Assembly (NCBI GenBank): GCA_964561765.1
Contig: CAZLQI010000009.1
Coordinates: forward strand, 37,266-101,265
Source: an uncultured Chromatiales bacterium
GTDB lineage: Bacteria > Pseudomonadota > Gammaproteobacteria > DATFLL01
Reading direction: 5' to 3'
DNA length: 64,000 nt
Below, in pieces: positions 40,480 through 51,425 of the stretch. Every line of letters starts with the position of its first letter. Position 1 is the stretch's first letter. The position numbers and the translations under genes were made by a program. The notes under the pieces are model-generated. The model was not told the origin of the DNA and searched no databases. It was given only the letters and a program-made list of their open reading frames with translations.

Positions 40480-41637
40480 ATGGCCGAGCAGGACACCGGA
40501 CAGGAACGCACCGAAGAGGCGACCCCGAAACGCCAGCAGGAGGCGCGCGAAAAAGGCCAAATTGCACGTTCGCGTGAACTCAATACCATGTTGTTATTGC
40601 TGGCCGCCGCGGTGGCGGCGTGGAAGCTGGGTCCGCGCATGATTCACGGCCTGCTCGCCATGCTCCATGCGCACCTGAGTCTGACACGCGCCGAGGTCTT
40701 CGATACCCATGCGCTGACCTTGCAGTTACGCGTGGCCCTGCTCCATGCGTTGTCCATCATGACGCCGTTTTTTGTCATCGTTGTGTTGGCGGCCCTGCTG
40801 GCACCGCTGGCCATGGGTGGGTGGGGTTTCAGTGGCGAGGCCATGGCCTTCAAATGGGACAAACTCGATCCGGTCAAGGGGCTCACGCGCGTGTTTGCCT
40901 GGCGGGGCCTAGTGGAGTTGATCAAGGCGTTGGCGAAATTCATTCTGGTCGGCAGCGTGGCGCTGCTCTTTCTCTACCTCAGCCTGGGGGCGTTGCTGGG
41001 TCTGGGCTATGAGCCGTTACGCCAGGCACTGGGACACACGGGTCATCTCTTTGTGCGGGCCTTCATGGTGTTTTCCGCTGCGCTGATCCTCATTGCCGCG
41101 GCGGATGTCCCCTTCCAGCTCTGGGATTACAAGCGCCAGCTCAAGATGACGCGCCAGGAGATCAAGGATGAGTTCAAACAATCGGAGGGCAGTCCCGAGT
41201 CGAAGGCACGGGTGCGCCGCATGCAACAGGAAATGGCGCAAAGACGCATGATGTCGGAGGTGCCCAAGGCCGATGTCATCGTCACCAATCCGCAACACTA
41301 TGCCGTTGCCCTGCGCTATGACCAGACGAAGATGGCTGCCCCGGTGGTGGTTGCCAAGGGCGCGGATCTGGTGGCGGCAAAGATCCGCGGCATTGCCGCC
41401 AAGGTGAAGGTGCCCATCGTTTCCGCGCCACCGTTGGCCCGCGCGATCTTCCATACCACCGAGATCAATGCCGAGGTGCCGGCGGCCCTGTACATGGCGG
41501 TGGCCCAGGTGCTGGCCTATGTCTTCCAGTTGCGCCAGACCGCCGGAGCAGGCACGTCACGACAAGGCTCAACGCATGCCGCGGAGATACATATGGATGA
41601 TTTGCCGATTCCCGATGACTTGCACTACGACAGTTAA
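40480..41637 (+). CDS. flhB: Flagellar export switch protein FlhB
   Basis: 'ERTEEATPKR', autocleavage 'TNPQHYAVAL.Y', 'P.VVAKG'. Confidence 0.98.
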   Translation: MAEQDTGQERTEEATPKRQQEAREKGQIARSRELNTMLLLLAAAVAAWKLGPRMIHGLLAMLHAHLSLTRAEVFDTHALTLQLRVALLHALSIMTPFFVIVVLAALLAPLAMGGWGFSGEAMAFKWDKLDPVKGLTRVFAWRGLVELIKALAKFILVGSVALLFLYLSLGALLGLGYEPLRQALGHTGHLFVRAFMVFSAALILIAAADVPFQLWDYKRQLKMTRQEIKDEFKQSEGSPESKARVRRMQQEMAQRRMMSEVPKADVIVTNPQHYAVALRYDQTKMAAPVVVAKGADLVAAKIRGIAAKVKVPIVSAPPLARAIFHTTEINAEVPAALYMAVAQVLAYVFQLRQTAGAGTSRQGSTHAAEIHMDDLPIPDDLHYDS

Positions 41638-41718
41638 TTTGGTGCTGCGGACAACCTGTGCCCAGTCCGGGCCGACACTGTCCGGTTGCACTGCAGACGG
41701 ATGGTAAGGATAGAGACA

Positions 41719-43839
41719 ATGGCTGAACAGAGCATATCGCAGAATACACCGAGCAACCTGCTCGCTACGGTGCGCAATGTCCTGGGCAACGGGCTGGGGG
41801 CGCCTCTCCTGCTCATGGTCATGATGGCCATGATCATTGTGCCGCTGGCGCCGTTTATGCTGGACCTGTTCTTCAGCTTCAATATTGCGTTGTCGCTGAT
41901 TTTCTTGCTGGCAACTATCTATGTGTTGCGGCCGCTGGACTTCAGCGTATTTCCAACGGTACTGCTCATTGCCACGTTGTTGCGCCTGGCCCTCAACGTT
42001 GCCTCCACGCGTGTGGTGTTGCTCAATGGTCAGACCGGCCCTGGTGCGGCCGGTCATGTCATCGAGGCCTTCGGCAATTTTGTCGTCGGCGGTGACTATG
42101 CTGTCGGTATCGCGGTCTTCCTGATTCTGGTGATCATCAACTTCGTGGTGGTGACCAAGGGTGCGACCCGTGTCTCGGAGGTCAGCGCCCGCTTCACCCT
42201 GGATGCCATGCCGGGCAAACAGATGGCGATCGACGCCGATCTGAATGCCGGCATTATCGATCAGGAGGAGGCGCGCCAGCGGCGCGATGAGATCGTCCAG
42301 GAGGCGGATTTCTACGGTTCCATGGACGGTGCGAGCAAATTTGTCCGTGGCGATGCCATCGCTGGTATTTTGATCCTGTTTGTCAATATCATCGGCGGGC
42401 TGACTATTGGGGTATTCCAGCACAACATGCCGGTGGCCGATGCCGCACGCACCTACACTCTGCTGACCATCGGTGATGGCCTGGTGGCGCAAATTCCCTC
42501 GCTGCTGTTGTCTACCGCGACCGGCATCATGGTGACCCGCGTGTCCTCCTCGCAGGATATGGGCACACAGGTGATCTCTCAGCTCTTCAGGAACCCGCGC
42601 ACACTGGCAGTGACCGCCGGCATCCTGACCGTAATGGGTATTATTCCCGGTATGCCGAACGTGGCGTTTCTCAGCCTTGCGCTCATGTGCGGCGGGACGG
42701 CCTGGTGGATCTACCGCCGCAGCCTGGTCAGTGTGGTCGAGGAGCCGGTGCCGGCAACGGTTGAACCCGCTGCGGAGAACCGGGAGTTGAGCTGGGATGA
42801 TGTCACGCCGGTCGATGCCATTGGTTTGGAGGTCGGTTATCGCCTGATTCCGATGGTGGACAAGAATCAGGGTGGGCAGCTCATGGCACGCATCAAGGGA
42901 GTGCGCAAGAAACTGTCGCAGGAACTGGGTTTCCTGGTCCCGCCCGTACATATCCGTGACAACCTCGACCTGGTGCCCAACGCCTATCGTATTACCCTCA
43001 TGGGGGTGACGGTGGGCGAGGCGGAGATCTATCCGGAGCGTGAGATGGCCATCAATCCCGGTCAGGTCTTCGGTACGTTGGAGGGGGTGGAGACACAGGA
43101 TCCGGCCTTTGGTCTGGATGCGGTGTGGATCGAGCATGGCCAGCGTGATCACGCCCAGACCCTGGGCTATACCGTGGTGGACGCCAATACCGTTGTCGCC
43201 ACCCACCTGAGTCAGCTGATCCAGTCGCACAGCCACGAGCTGCTTGGCCACGAGGAAGTCCAGCAGTTGCTCGATCTGCTGGCCAAGCACTCGCCAAAAC
43301 TGGTGGAGAATCTGGTGCCCGATACACTCGCGCTCGGCGTGGTGGTGAAGGTGTTGCAGAACCTGCTTGTCGAGGGGGTGGCGATACGCGATATGCGCAC
43401 GATTGCCGAGGCATTGGCGGAGCAGGGTGCACGGAGTCAAGACCCCGACGTCTTGACTGCGACGGTCCGTATTGCACTTGGGCGTTTAATTGTCCAACAA
43501 ATCAACGGTATGCAGCATGAGTTGCCGGTTATTACACTTGATCCTGAGCTGGAACGCATATTGCATCAGTCAATGCAGGTGTCGGGCGAGGGTGGCGGGA
43601 CCATCGAGCCGGGGCTCGCGGAGCGGATGCATGCGAGTCTGGCTGAAAGTGCTCAGAACCAGGAGCACGCCGGTCAACCCGCGGTCCTTGTTGTTTCCGC
43701 CGGGCTGCGGCCCTTGTTGACCCGCTTCGTGCGCAACTCGATACCAGGACTACATGTGCTGTCCTATAACGAGATACCGGACAACAAACAGATTCGTATC
43801 GTCGCCGCTGTTGGCCAACCGACCGGCGCCCTGGCCTGA
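41719..43839 (+). CDS. flhA: Flagellar export protein FlhA
   Basis: 'EVSARFTLDAMPGKQMAIDADL', 'FYGSMDGASKFVRGDAIA'. Confidence 0.98.
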   Translation: MAEQSISQNTPSNLLATVRNVLGNGLGAPLLLMVMMAMIIVPLAPFMLDLFFSFNIALSLIFLLATIYVLRPLDFSVFPTVLLIATLLRLALNVASTRVVLLNGQTGPGAAGHVIEAFGNFVVGGDYAVGIAVFLILVIINFVVVTKGATRVSEVSARFTLDAMPGKQMAIDADLNAGIIDQEEARQRRDEIVQEADFYGSMDGASKFVRGDAIAGILILFVNIIGGLTIGVFQHNMPVADAARTYTLLTIGDGLVAQIPSLLLSTATGIMVTRVSSSQDMGTQVISQLFRNPRTLAVTAGILTVMGIIPGMPNVAFLSLALMCGGTAWWIYRRSLVSVVEEPVPATVEPAAENRELSWDDVTPVDAIGLEVGYRLIPMVDKNQGGQLMARIKGVRKKLSQELGFLVPPVHIRDNLDLVPNAYRITLMGVTVGEAEIYPEREMAINPGQVFGTLEGVETQDPAFGLDAVWIEHGQRDHAQTLGYTVVDANTVVATHLSQLIQSHSHELLGHEEVQQLLDLLAKHSPKLVENLVPDTLALGVVVKVLQNLLVEGVAIRDMRTIAEALAEQGARSQDPDVLTATVRIALGRLIVQQINGMQHELPVITLDPELERILHQSMQVSGEGGGTIEPGLAERMHASLAESAQNQEHAGQPAVLVVSAGLRPLLTRFVRNSIPGLHVLSYNEIPDNKQIRIVAAVGQPTGALA

Positions 43840-43926
43840 GGGCCTCAAGATTAAACCTGTCAACCAGGTATGGGCCTACGGGTATGGTACGACACCGGGC
43901 CACCACACAGTTTCGGGAGTGCGTGA

Positions 43927-45204
43927 ATGAAAATTAAGCGGTTCTTTGCCCCCGACATGCGCCAGGCCATACGCCTGGTGCGTGAGGCAATGGGGCCGGA
44001 TGCCGTCATCCTGTCCAATGAGCGGGTCAAGGGTGGTATCGAACTGGTTGCTGCCACCGACTATGATGAGTCCATTTTCGAGTCTGACGCCAAACCTGCA
44101 CTCAAACCGGCCCTTCGGCCTGCCTCCAGATCGACTCCCATAGCCGCTTATAGCAGCGCCACAGCCAGTGCGTCGCCGGTGCATACGGTTCACGTCGCAG
44201 GTGAGGGGTGCAGCGCACAGAGCCCTGTCGAGCTGTCCGGCGACGCCGCGCAGAATATCTGGTCTCAGGAACCCACACTGGTCGAGATGCGCCGTGAACT
44301 CAGCGGCCTGCGCGGACTGTTGGTCAATCAATTATCGGGACTGGCTTGGCACGAGACACAACGCAATCGTCCTCTCTACGCCCGGCTTTTGCAGCGCATG
44401 ATGGCGCTGGGATTGAGTCCTGCACTGGCCAGGCATATCGCTGAGGCCGCGCCGGAGACCGAGGATTTTGACCACCACTGGCGCCAGGCGCTGGGTCGGC
44501 TCGCGCATGCGCTGCCGATCACGGATGATGATATTCTGGAACAGGGTGGTGTGGTGGCACTGGTGGGGCCGACCGGAGCGGGAAAAACGACCTCGGTGGC
44601 CAAACTGGCCGCCCGCTATACCCTGCGCCACGGTGCTGGCCGCGTGGCCCTGGTGGCGACCGACAGTTTTCGCATCGGTGCCCAGGAGCAGTTGCGCACC
44701 TATGCCCGCATCCTGGGTGTGCCCCTGCGGGCTGCGGACAATGGGGAGGCCCTGCGTGAGGCACTGGTTCATTTTGCCGACAAAGATCTGGTCCTGATCG
44801 ACACGGCAGGCATGGGACCACAGGACCTGCGGTTGAATCAGCAACTGGCGCTGCTCAATGAGGAGGCCTGCCCGGTGCGCAGCTATCTGGTCCTGGCCGC
44901 CAATACTCAGCGCCGGGCAATGGAGCAGGCGGTCACGGTCTTTCGCCACCCCCGTCTGACGGGTTGTATTCTCACCAAGATCGATGAAGCCGCCAGCCTC
45001 GGCGGCGCGCTGTCGGTGGCAGTGGAACAACAACTTGCGGTCGCCTATCTGACGGATGGGCAGCAGGTGCCGGAGGATATGCACGCGGCCCGTGCGCACA
45101 CTCTGGTCAGCCGCTGTGTGACACTCATGCAGCACGGGGCCGTTGGGCGTAAGGATGTGGACACTCTGACAATCGGTGGAATGGTGGCTCATGCTCATGG
45201 TTGA
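43927..45204 (+). CDS. flhF: SRP-family GTPase FlhF
   Basis: 'MKIKRFFA', 'GPTGAGKTT', 'DTAG', 'TKIDE', 'GQQVPED'. Confidence 0.97.
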   Translation: MKIKRFFAPDMRQAIRLVREAMGPDAVILSNERVKGGIELVAATDYDESIFESDAKPALKPALRPASRSTPIAAYSSATASASPVHTVHVAGEGCSAQSPVELSGDAAQNIWSQEPTLVEMRRELSGLRGLLVNQLSGLAWHETQRNRPLYARLLQRMMALGLSPALARHIAEAAPETEDFDHHWRQALGRLAHALPITDDDILEQGGVVALVGPTGAGKTTSVAKLAARYTLRHGAGRVALVATDSFRIGAQEQLRTYARILGVPLRAADNGEALREALVHFADKDLVLIDTAGMGPQDLRLNQQLALLNEEACPVRSYLVLAANTQRRAMEQAVTVFRHPRLTGCILTKIDEAASLGGALSVAVEQQLAVAYLTDGQQVPEDMHAARAHTLVSRCVTLMQHGAVGRKDVDTLTIGGMVAHAHG

Positions 45205-46081
45205 AACACAACAGTTTGATCAGGCCGCCGGGCTTCGGCGCATCACCCGACCCCGGCCGGTCCGTGTCGTCGCGGTGGCCAGCGGCAAGGGTGGGGTCGG
45301 CAAGACCAATGTCTCGGTCAATCTCGCCATGTCGTTGGTCAACAACGGCAAGAAGGTCATGCTCATGGACGCCGATCTGGGTCTGGGTAATGTCGATGTC
45401 CTGCTGGGTGTTCACCCACGCTACAATCTGTCACACGTGGTGACCGGCGTATGCAGTCTGGAGGAGGCCCTCGTCCAGGGTCCCGGTGGTCTGAGGATCA
45501 TCCCGGCCTCCTCGGGTGTGCAGCAAATGGCCATGCTCTCGCCCGCCGAACACGCTGGACTCATCCGTGCCTTCAGTGAACTGAGCCAGCAGGTCGATGT
45601 ACTGCTCATCGACACCGCCGCGGGTATCGCTGACAGCGTGATTAGCTTCAGCCGGGCCGCGCAGGAGGTGATCGTGGTGGTCTGCGATGAACCCGCATCG
45701 GTCACCGATGCCTATGCCCTGATCAAACTCCTGAACCGCGAGCACGGCGTCTATCGGTTCCATGTGCTGGCCAATATGGCCCAGAGTGCGCAACAGGGGC
45801 GCGACGTCTTTGACAAGATCAATAAGGTGTCGGACCGGTTTCTGGACGTGACTCTTGACTACCTCGGCCATATTCCTTACGACGATTTTCTACGCAAGGC
45901 AGTACAGAAACAGCGTACTGTTGTCGAGGCCTACCCGCGCAGCAAGGCGGCCATGGCCTTCAGGACACTGGCAGACAAGACAGAGCGCTGGCCCATGCCC
46001 TCTGCGGCGGGTGGCCATCTGGAGTTTTTTGTTGAACGCCTTATTCAGACCAATCTGCATGATGCGGGGGTGATGCCATGA
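45197..46081 (+). CDS. flhG: MinD-like ATPase FlhG/FleN
   Basis: 'DQAAGLR', 'SGKGGVGKT', 'DADLGLGN'. Confidence 0.96.
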   Translation: MVETQQFDQAAGLRRITRPRPVRVVAVASGKGGVGKTNVSVNLAMSLVNNGKKVMLMDADLGLGNVDVLLGVHPRYNLSHVVTGVCSLEEALVQGPGGLRIIPASSGVQQMAMLSPAEHAGLIRAFSELSQQVDVLLIDTAAGIADSVISFSRAAQEVIVVVCDEPASVTDAYALIKLLNREHGVYRFHVLANMAQSAQQGRDVFDKINKVSDRFLDVTLDYLGHIPYDDFLRKAVQKQRTVVEAYPRSKAAMAFRTLADKTERWPMPSAAGGHLEFFVERLIQTNLHDAGVMP

Positions 46082-46806
46082 ATGGAATGGCAGTGTATGC
46101 GGCGGTCCAGTTGACGACGTACTATGACGACATGGTGGAACGACATGCGTCTTTGGTAAAGCGCATTGCCTATCATCTAATGAGCCGCCTGCCGGCGAGT
46201 ATCCAGATCGAGGACATGATCCAGGCGGGGATGATTGGCCTGCTCGAGGCCTCGCGTAATTACGACGAGACCCAGGGGGCCAGTTTCGAGACCTACGCCG
46301 GTATTCGTATCCGTGGCTCCATGTTAGATGAAATCCGCAAAAACGACTGGGCACCACGCTCGGTGCATCGCAAGGCGCGCATGGTCGCGGAGGCGGTACG
46401 CGGGATCGAGCATGCCCATGGGCGCGATGCCCGTGATCACGAGATCGCCGCCGAACTGGATATCAGCCTGAATGAGTACTACCACATCCTCCAGGAGGCC
46501 AATAATCACAAGATCATGAGCGTGGAGGACATCGGGGTGGGTGATGAGTCCTATCTCAATAACATGTCGGACAATGCCCCGGGCATCGTCGATGGCCTGC
46601 ACCGTGAAGACTTGCAGCGCCTGTTGGGTGCGGCTATCGCCGGTTTGCCAGAGCGCGAACGGCTGGTCATGGCCCTCTACTATGAAGAAGAACTCAATCT
46701 GCGCGAAATCGGGGCCGTGATGGGAGTGAGTGAGTCGCGGATCAGTCAGATACACAGTCAGGCGGTCATTCGCCTGCAGGCCCGGTTGGTCATCAGACCG
46801 GACTAA
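46078..46806 (+). CDS. fliA: RNA polymerase sigma factor FliA (sigma-28), canonical copy
   Basis: Sigma-28 regions 2 and 4; canonical flhF-flhG-fliA-cheY position. Confidence 0.98.
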   Translation: MNGMAVYAAVQLTTYYDDMVERHASLVKRIAYHLMSRLPASIQIEDMIQAGMIGLLEASRNYDETQGASFETYAGIRIRGSMLDEIRKNDWAPRSVHRKARMVAEAVRGIEHAHGRDARDHEIAAELDISLNEYYHILQEANNHKIMSVEDIGVGDESYLNNMSDNAPGIVDGLHREDLQRLLGAAIAGLPERERLVMALYYEEELNLREIGAVMGVSESRISQIHSQAVIRLQARLVIRPD

Positions 46807-46817
46807 GCGGTTTAGAT

Positions 46818-46844
46818 TGAAGAAATTCCAGATTCCGCCGATAT
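46818..46844 (+). promoter_or_regulatory. Putative sigma-28 promoter for cheYZA
   Basis: TGAA-N15-GCCGATAT. Confidence 0.6.
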
Positions 46845-46928
46845 ACCCAAACGATAGGGTTATGTTCCCCCTGCGGAGTCTGGGTGGGGTTGTTATAAAG
46901 ATGCGTTGACGCGGTACTGGAGGGTACG

Positions 46929-47321
46929 TTGGATAAGAGCATGAAAATTCTTGTTGTGGACGACTTTTCCACAATGCGGCGGATCATAAAAAATCTGTTG
47001 CGCGATCTGGGGTTTAACGACACCGCAGAGGCCGATGATGGCACGACCGCCTGGCCCGCGCTGCAAAATGGCGGCTTTGATCTGCTGATCACCGACTGGA
47101 ACATGCCGGGCATGCAGGGCATCGACCTGCTCAAACTGGTCCGTGCCGATGAACACCTGAGCAAGCTGCCGGTACTTATGGTGACTGCAGAGCAAAAGCG
47201 CGACCAGATTGTTGCGGCTGCACAGGCCGGAGTGAACGGCTATATTGTCAAACCGTTTACCGCCGTGACGCTCAAGGAAAAGCTTGAGAAAATCTTCGAA
47301 CGCATTGAAAGCAATGCCTGA
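46929..47321 (+). CDS. cheY: Chemotaxis response regulator CheY
   Basis: '[18 protein letters not shown]', 'DWNMP', 'YIVKPF'; TTG start with GGAGG. Confidence 0.98.
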   Translation: MDKSMKILVVDDFSTMRRIIKNLLRDLGFNDTAEADDGTTAWPALQNGGFDLLITDWNMPGMQGIDLLKLVRADEHLSKLPVLMVTAEQKRDQIVAAAQAGVNGYIVKPFTAVTLKEKLEKIFERIESNA

Positions 47322-47335
47322 GCAGGGGAGCCTGG

Positions 47336-48094
47336 ATGGAAGAGCACGTAGTCGACGAGAACACCTTGACGTATGCCCGCGAACTGGTCGCACTGATGGA
47401 AGCGGGAGACGAACAGAAGGCATCCTTACTGCTTGATAAACTGATGACCGAGCGCGAGAAGGACCTGTACCAGGAGTTGGGACGACTGACTCGCGATTTC
47501 CATGATACGTTGAAAAATTTTCAGTTCGATGATCGGCTGACGAACCTCGCCGAGGAGGAGATTCCGGATGCGCGGGAGCGATTGAACTATGTCCTGACCA
47601 TGACCGATCAGGCCGCTGATCGCACCCTGACCGCGGTGGAGGCCTCCTTGCCGCTGTGTGACGGCTTGGCGCAGGAGTGTGCCGGTTTGTCCAGCGACTG
47701 GGAGCGGTTTACTCATCGGGACATGGATGCAGAGGAATTTCGTGGATTGAGTCTGCGACTCAAGGATTTTCTCAACAACAGTAATGCCTCGGTGCACAGC
47801 TTGCGTGAGAATCTCAATGAGGTATTGATGGCGCAGGATTTTCAGGATCTGACCGGGCAGATCATCAAACGTGTCGTTACGATGGTCGAAGAACTGGAGG
47901 CGAGTTTGGTCAATCTGATTCGTATCAGTGGACAAAAATTCAAAACCGAGACGGAAAAAACGACGCAACCGGTGTCGGCCGATAGCAAGGACGTCAGCTG
48001 CGAAGGACCGGTCGTTCCGGGTGTGACGGGCGCCCTGGATGTGGTTTCCGGGCAGGATGATGTGGATGACCTCCTGTCCAGCCTGGGCTTCTAG
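47336..48094 (+). CDS. cheZ: CheY phosphatase CheZ
   Basis: 'MAQDFQDLTGQII', C-terminal 'QDDVDDLLSSLGF'. Confidence 0.97.
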   Translation: MEEHVVDENTLTYARELVALMEAGDEQKASLLLDKLMTEREKDLYQELGRLTRDFHDTLKNFQFDDRLTNLAEEEIPDARERLNYVLTMTDQAADRTLTAVEASLPLCDGLAQECAGLSSDWERFTHRDMDAEEFRGLSLRLKDFLNNSNASVHSLRENLNEVLMAQDFQDLTGQIIKRVVTMVEELEASLVNLIRISGQKFKTETEKTTQPVSADSKDVSCEGPVVPGVTGALDVVSGQDDVDDLLSSLGF

Positions 48095-48128
48095 GCGCGT
48101 ATCGCTTTATTAATTAGGCAGAGTCACT

Positions 48129-50219
48129 ATGGCGTTGGACGTTGACGACGAGATTCTTCAGGATTTCCTGATCGAGGCGGGTGAGATCCTCGAACAACTG
48201 GGTGAGCAACTGGTTGACCTGGAACAACGCCCGCAGGATGTTGAACTGCTCAATACGGTATTTCGTGGATTTCACACGATTAAGGGTGGCGCTGGCTTTC
48301 TGGCGCTGGAGTCGATGGTGGCGCTGTGCCATCGTGCGGAGGATGTCTTTAATCTCCTGCGCAACGGCGAACGCCAGGTCGACACGCAGTTGATGGATAT
48401 CATGTTGCCGGTGCTCGATATGCTCAATGATCAGTTCGAGAGCCTGCGTGCCGGTGAGGAACCGGCGGCGGCGGAGCCGGCCCTGCTGGCGGCACTTGAG
48501 GCGTTGTCATTACCGGCGGCTCCGGTAGCGGCACCTCCCCCGCCAGCGCCGCCTGCCTCGCCAACGTCATCGGTCCCGTCCACCCCGCCGGGGCAGTGTG
48601 CCGGCGCGGCGGTGGCGAGTGGCAGCGGTGAGGACATCACGGACGAGGAATTCGAGGCCCTGCTTGATGCGATGGAGGGCTCCGGCGAACAAGGCGATGC
48701 AGTCGCCGCTGGCGTGGTGACACCCGCTACCGGGGCAGCATCGTCCAGTGATGAGATCAGTGGCGAGGAGTTTGAAACGCTGCTCGATGATCTGCATGGC
48801 AAAGGGCAGTTCAACGGACAACCGGCAACGCTGGCCGCTGGAGTAAACGCAGGCAAGGTGGGCACGGAGGATATCACGGATGATGAATTTGAGGCCTTGC
48901 TCGATGGCCTGCACGGCAAGGGGAAGTTTAGTGGGGAGGTAGTTGCCCATCCCGTGGCAAAACCTGGCGCACCGGTTGGTGCGAGTGCAACGGCCGCGAC
49001 GGGCGGGCGCACGGCTGGGGCACGCGCCGAGAAGCACGAAGGGGTACAGACCGAGACGACAGTGCGTGTCGATACCAAGCGTCTTGATGACATTATGAAT
49101 CTGGTCGGTGAGCTGGTGCTTGCACGCAACCGCCTGGCGCGCCTGGAAGAGAACATGGCCGATGAGGCAATGGCCAAGGCCGTTAGTAATCTCGATCTGG
49201 TGACCGCCGATTTGCAGACGGCGGTGATGAAGACCCGTATGCAGCCTATCAAGAAGGTCTTCGGGCGTTTTCCCCGTGTAGTGCGCGACCTGGCCCGTCA
49301 CCTGGAAAAGGAAATCAAACTGGAGCTCCAGGGCGAGGAGACCGATCTCGACAAGAATCTGGTCGAGGCGCTGGCCGATCCCCTGGTGCATCTGGTGCGC
49401 AACGCCGTCGATCACGGTATTGAATTGCCGGATGTGCGCGAGGCCGCCGGCAAGCCGCGTAGCGGTACGGTGATTCTTTCCGCCGAGCAGGAAGGCGATC
49501 ATATCTTGTTGTCGATCGAAGACGATGGGGCAGGCATGGATGTCAATGTCCTGCGTAACAAGGCGGTTGAGAAAGGTCTGCTCGATGCCGATGCCGCAGC
49601 CAGGCTGGATCGGCGCGATACCTACAATCTGATTTTTATGCCGGGTTTTTCCACCAAGACCGAGATATCCGATGTCTCTGGACGCGGTGTGGGTATGGAT
49701 GTGGTCAAGACGCGCATCGCGCAGCTCAATGGCACGGTTGATATTGATTCACAACTTGGCAAGGGCAGTCGCCTGAGCATCAAGGTCCCGCTGACACTGG
49801 CGATCATGCCCACCCTGATGGTCAAGCTGGACACGCAGATGTTTGCGCTGCCACTGGTCAGCGTCAGCGAGATATTCCACCTCGATCTGAGCAAGACCAA
49901 TACCGTCGATGGACAGCTGGTGGTCATGGTGCGTGCGCACGCCCTGCCGTTGTTTTACCTCAGTCGCTGGCTGATCAAGGGATGTGAGAACCGTTCCCTG
50001 CCGGGGTTTGGCCATGTCGTGGTGGTGCAGGCGGGTACGCAGCGGGTCGGTTTTGTGGTTGATCAGCTGATTGGCCAGGAAGAGGTGGTCATCAAGCCGC
50101 TGGGGACCCTGTTACACGGTATCGACGGGCTGGCGGGGGCCACGATAACGGGCGATGGCCGTATCGCTATCATTTTGGATATTCCGGGGATCATGGACAA
50201 ATATGCCCGGCGCGCATAA
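48129..50219 (+). CDS. cheA: Chemotaxis histidine kinase CheA
   Basis: HPt 'FRGFHTIKGGAG', 'HLVRNAVDHG', 'DDGAG', 'GRGVGMDVVK', C-terminal CheW-like domain. Confidence 0.98.
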   Translation: MALDVDDEILQDFLIEAGEILEQLGEQLVDLEQRPQDVELLNTVFRGFHTIKGGAGFLALESMVALCHRAEDVFNLLRNGERQVDTQLMDIMLPVLDMLNDQFESLRAGEEPAAAEPALLAALEALSLPAAPVAAPPPPAPPASPTSSVPSTPPGQCAGAAVASGSGEDITDEEFEALLDAMEGSGEQGDAVAAGVVTPATGAASSSDEISGEEFETLLDDLHGKGQFNGQPATLAAGVNAGKVGTEDITDDEFEALLDGLHGKGKFSGEVVAHPVAKPGAPVGASATAATGGRTAGARAEKHEGVQTETTVRVDTKRLDDIMNLVGELVLARNRLARLEENMADEAMAKAVSNLDLVTADLQTAVMKTRMQPIKKVFGRFPRVVRDLARHLEKEIKLELQGEETDLDKNLVEALADPLVHLVRNAVDHGIELPDVREAAGKPRSGTVILSAEQEGDHILLSIEDDGAGMDVNVLRNKAVEKGLLDADAAARLDRRDTYNLIFMPGFSTKTEISDVSGRGVGMDVVKTRIAQLNGTVDIDSQLGKGSRLSIKVPLTLAIMPTLMVKLDTQMFALPLVSVSEIFHLDLSKTNTVDGQLVVMVRAHALPLFYLSRWLIKGCENRSLPGFGHVVVVQAGTQRVGFVVDQLIGQEEVVIKPLGTLLHGIDGLAGATITGDGRIAIILDIPGIMDKYARRA

Positions 50220-50359
50220 CGCGTCGGGTACTCGTGGCATAGCGATCAAAAAGGAGCTGGGGTGGAACTCAAACAGTCAGGCAGGTTACCGCGTTGGTGG
50301 GTAGGGCAATCAGCGCAGTGCAACAAGACATTACGTGTGGTGATAGCAGGGAGGCGGGG

Positions 50360-51421
50360 ATGAGCGTCAAGGTGCTGGTTGTCGATGACTCGCGGTTTTT
50401 CCAGCGTCGGGTCACAGAGATACTGAATGCCGATCCCCTGATCGAGGTTGTGGGTACCGCCGGCGATGGCGCGGAGGCCATTACGCAGGTTGTCCACCTC
50501 AAACCGGATGTGATCACGATGGATATCGAGATGCCGGTTATGGATGGCATCACGGCCGTGCGCAAGATCATGGCGCGCCACCCGGTCCCGGTGCTCATGT
50601 TCTCTTCACTGACCACTGATGGCGCACAGGCCACGCTTGATGCCCTGGATGCCGGGGCGGTGGATTTTTTGCCTAAGCGCTTTGAGGATATTTCCAAGGA
50701 TCGGGAAGAGGCCAAACGGTTGCTATGCCAGCGGGTGCGTGCCATTGCACGCACCCGTACCGCTGCGCTGCGCCGTGCCCCTGCCACGGTGGCTGGCGCG
50801 CTCCGAACGGTGCCGGTCGTAGCGCCTGTTGCGCGACACATGCCCCGCGGACGGCCCGTTAAACTGGTGGCGATCGGGACGTCGACCGGTGGTCCCGTTG
50901 CCTTGCTGGAGGTCCTGCGCAAGCTGCCTGCCAGTTGTTCGGTGCCCTTGGTGCTGGTTCAGCACATGCCGGCGACTTTTACCCCGGCGTTTGCCAAGCG
51001 CCTTGACCAGCAATGCGCGATTCGGGTTCGGGAGGCGCAGGATGGCGATCGACTCGAACCCGGTCTGGCCTTGCTGGCACCGGGTGGGAGTCAGATGAGT
51101 GTGGAACGCAACGGGCATGAGGCGCGTGTGCGTATTCGCGAGGGAACGGCGGATGAGACTTATAAACCCTCGGTGGACATTACCTTCAGTGCGGTGGCCA
51201 GGCTGTTCCCCGCCGATACCCTGGCGGTCGTTCTGACCGGCATGGGGGCCGATGGGCGTGAAGGGGTGCGTGCGCTCAAGCAGGGCGGCTCGACGGTTTG
51301 GGTTCAGGATGAGGCCAGTTGTGTGGTCTATGGTATGCCGGCTGCCGTGGCGGAGGCGGGCCTGGCGGATCAGGTGATCGCACTGCCGGAAATTGGTTCT
51401 CTTCTGGCACAACGGGTCTAG
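50360..51421 (+). CDS. cheB: Chemotaxis methylesterase CheB
   Basis: REC domain plus 'GTSTGGP', 'QHMP', 'LTGMGADG'. Confidence 0.97.
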   Translation: MSVKVLVVDDSRFFQRRVTEILNADPLIEVVGTAGDGAEAITQVVHLKPDVITMDIEMPVMDGITAVRKIMARHPVPVLMFSSLTTDGAQATLDALDAGAVDFLPKRFEDISKDREEAKRLLCQRVRAIARTRTAALRRAPATVAGALRTVPVVAPVARHMPRGRPVKLVAIGTSTGGPVALLEVLRKLPASCSVPLVLVQHMPATFTPAFAKRLDQQCAIRVREAQDGDRLEPGLALLAPGGSQMSVERNGHEARVRIREGTADETYKPSVDITFSAVARLFPADTLAVVLTGMGADGREGVRALKQGGSTVWVQDEASCVVYGMPAAVAEAGLADQVIALPEIGSLLAQRV

Positions 51422-51425
51422 CGTC

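Noticed and set aside
41569-43440. 623-aa antisense ORF over flhA and many similar long shadow ORFs (8942-10054, 60648-62246, 34014-35108)
   Set aside because: Typical stop-poor antisense or alternate frames of GC-rich genes; no motifs or RBS
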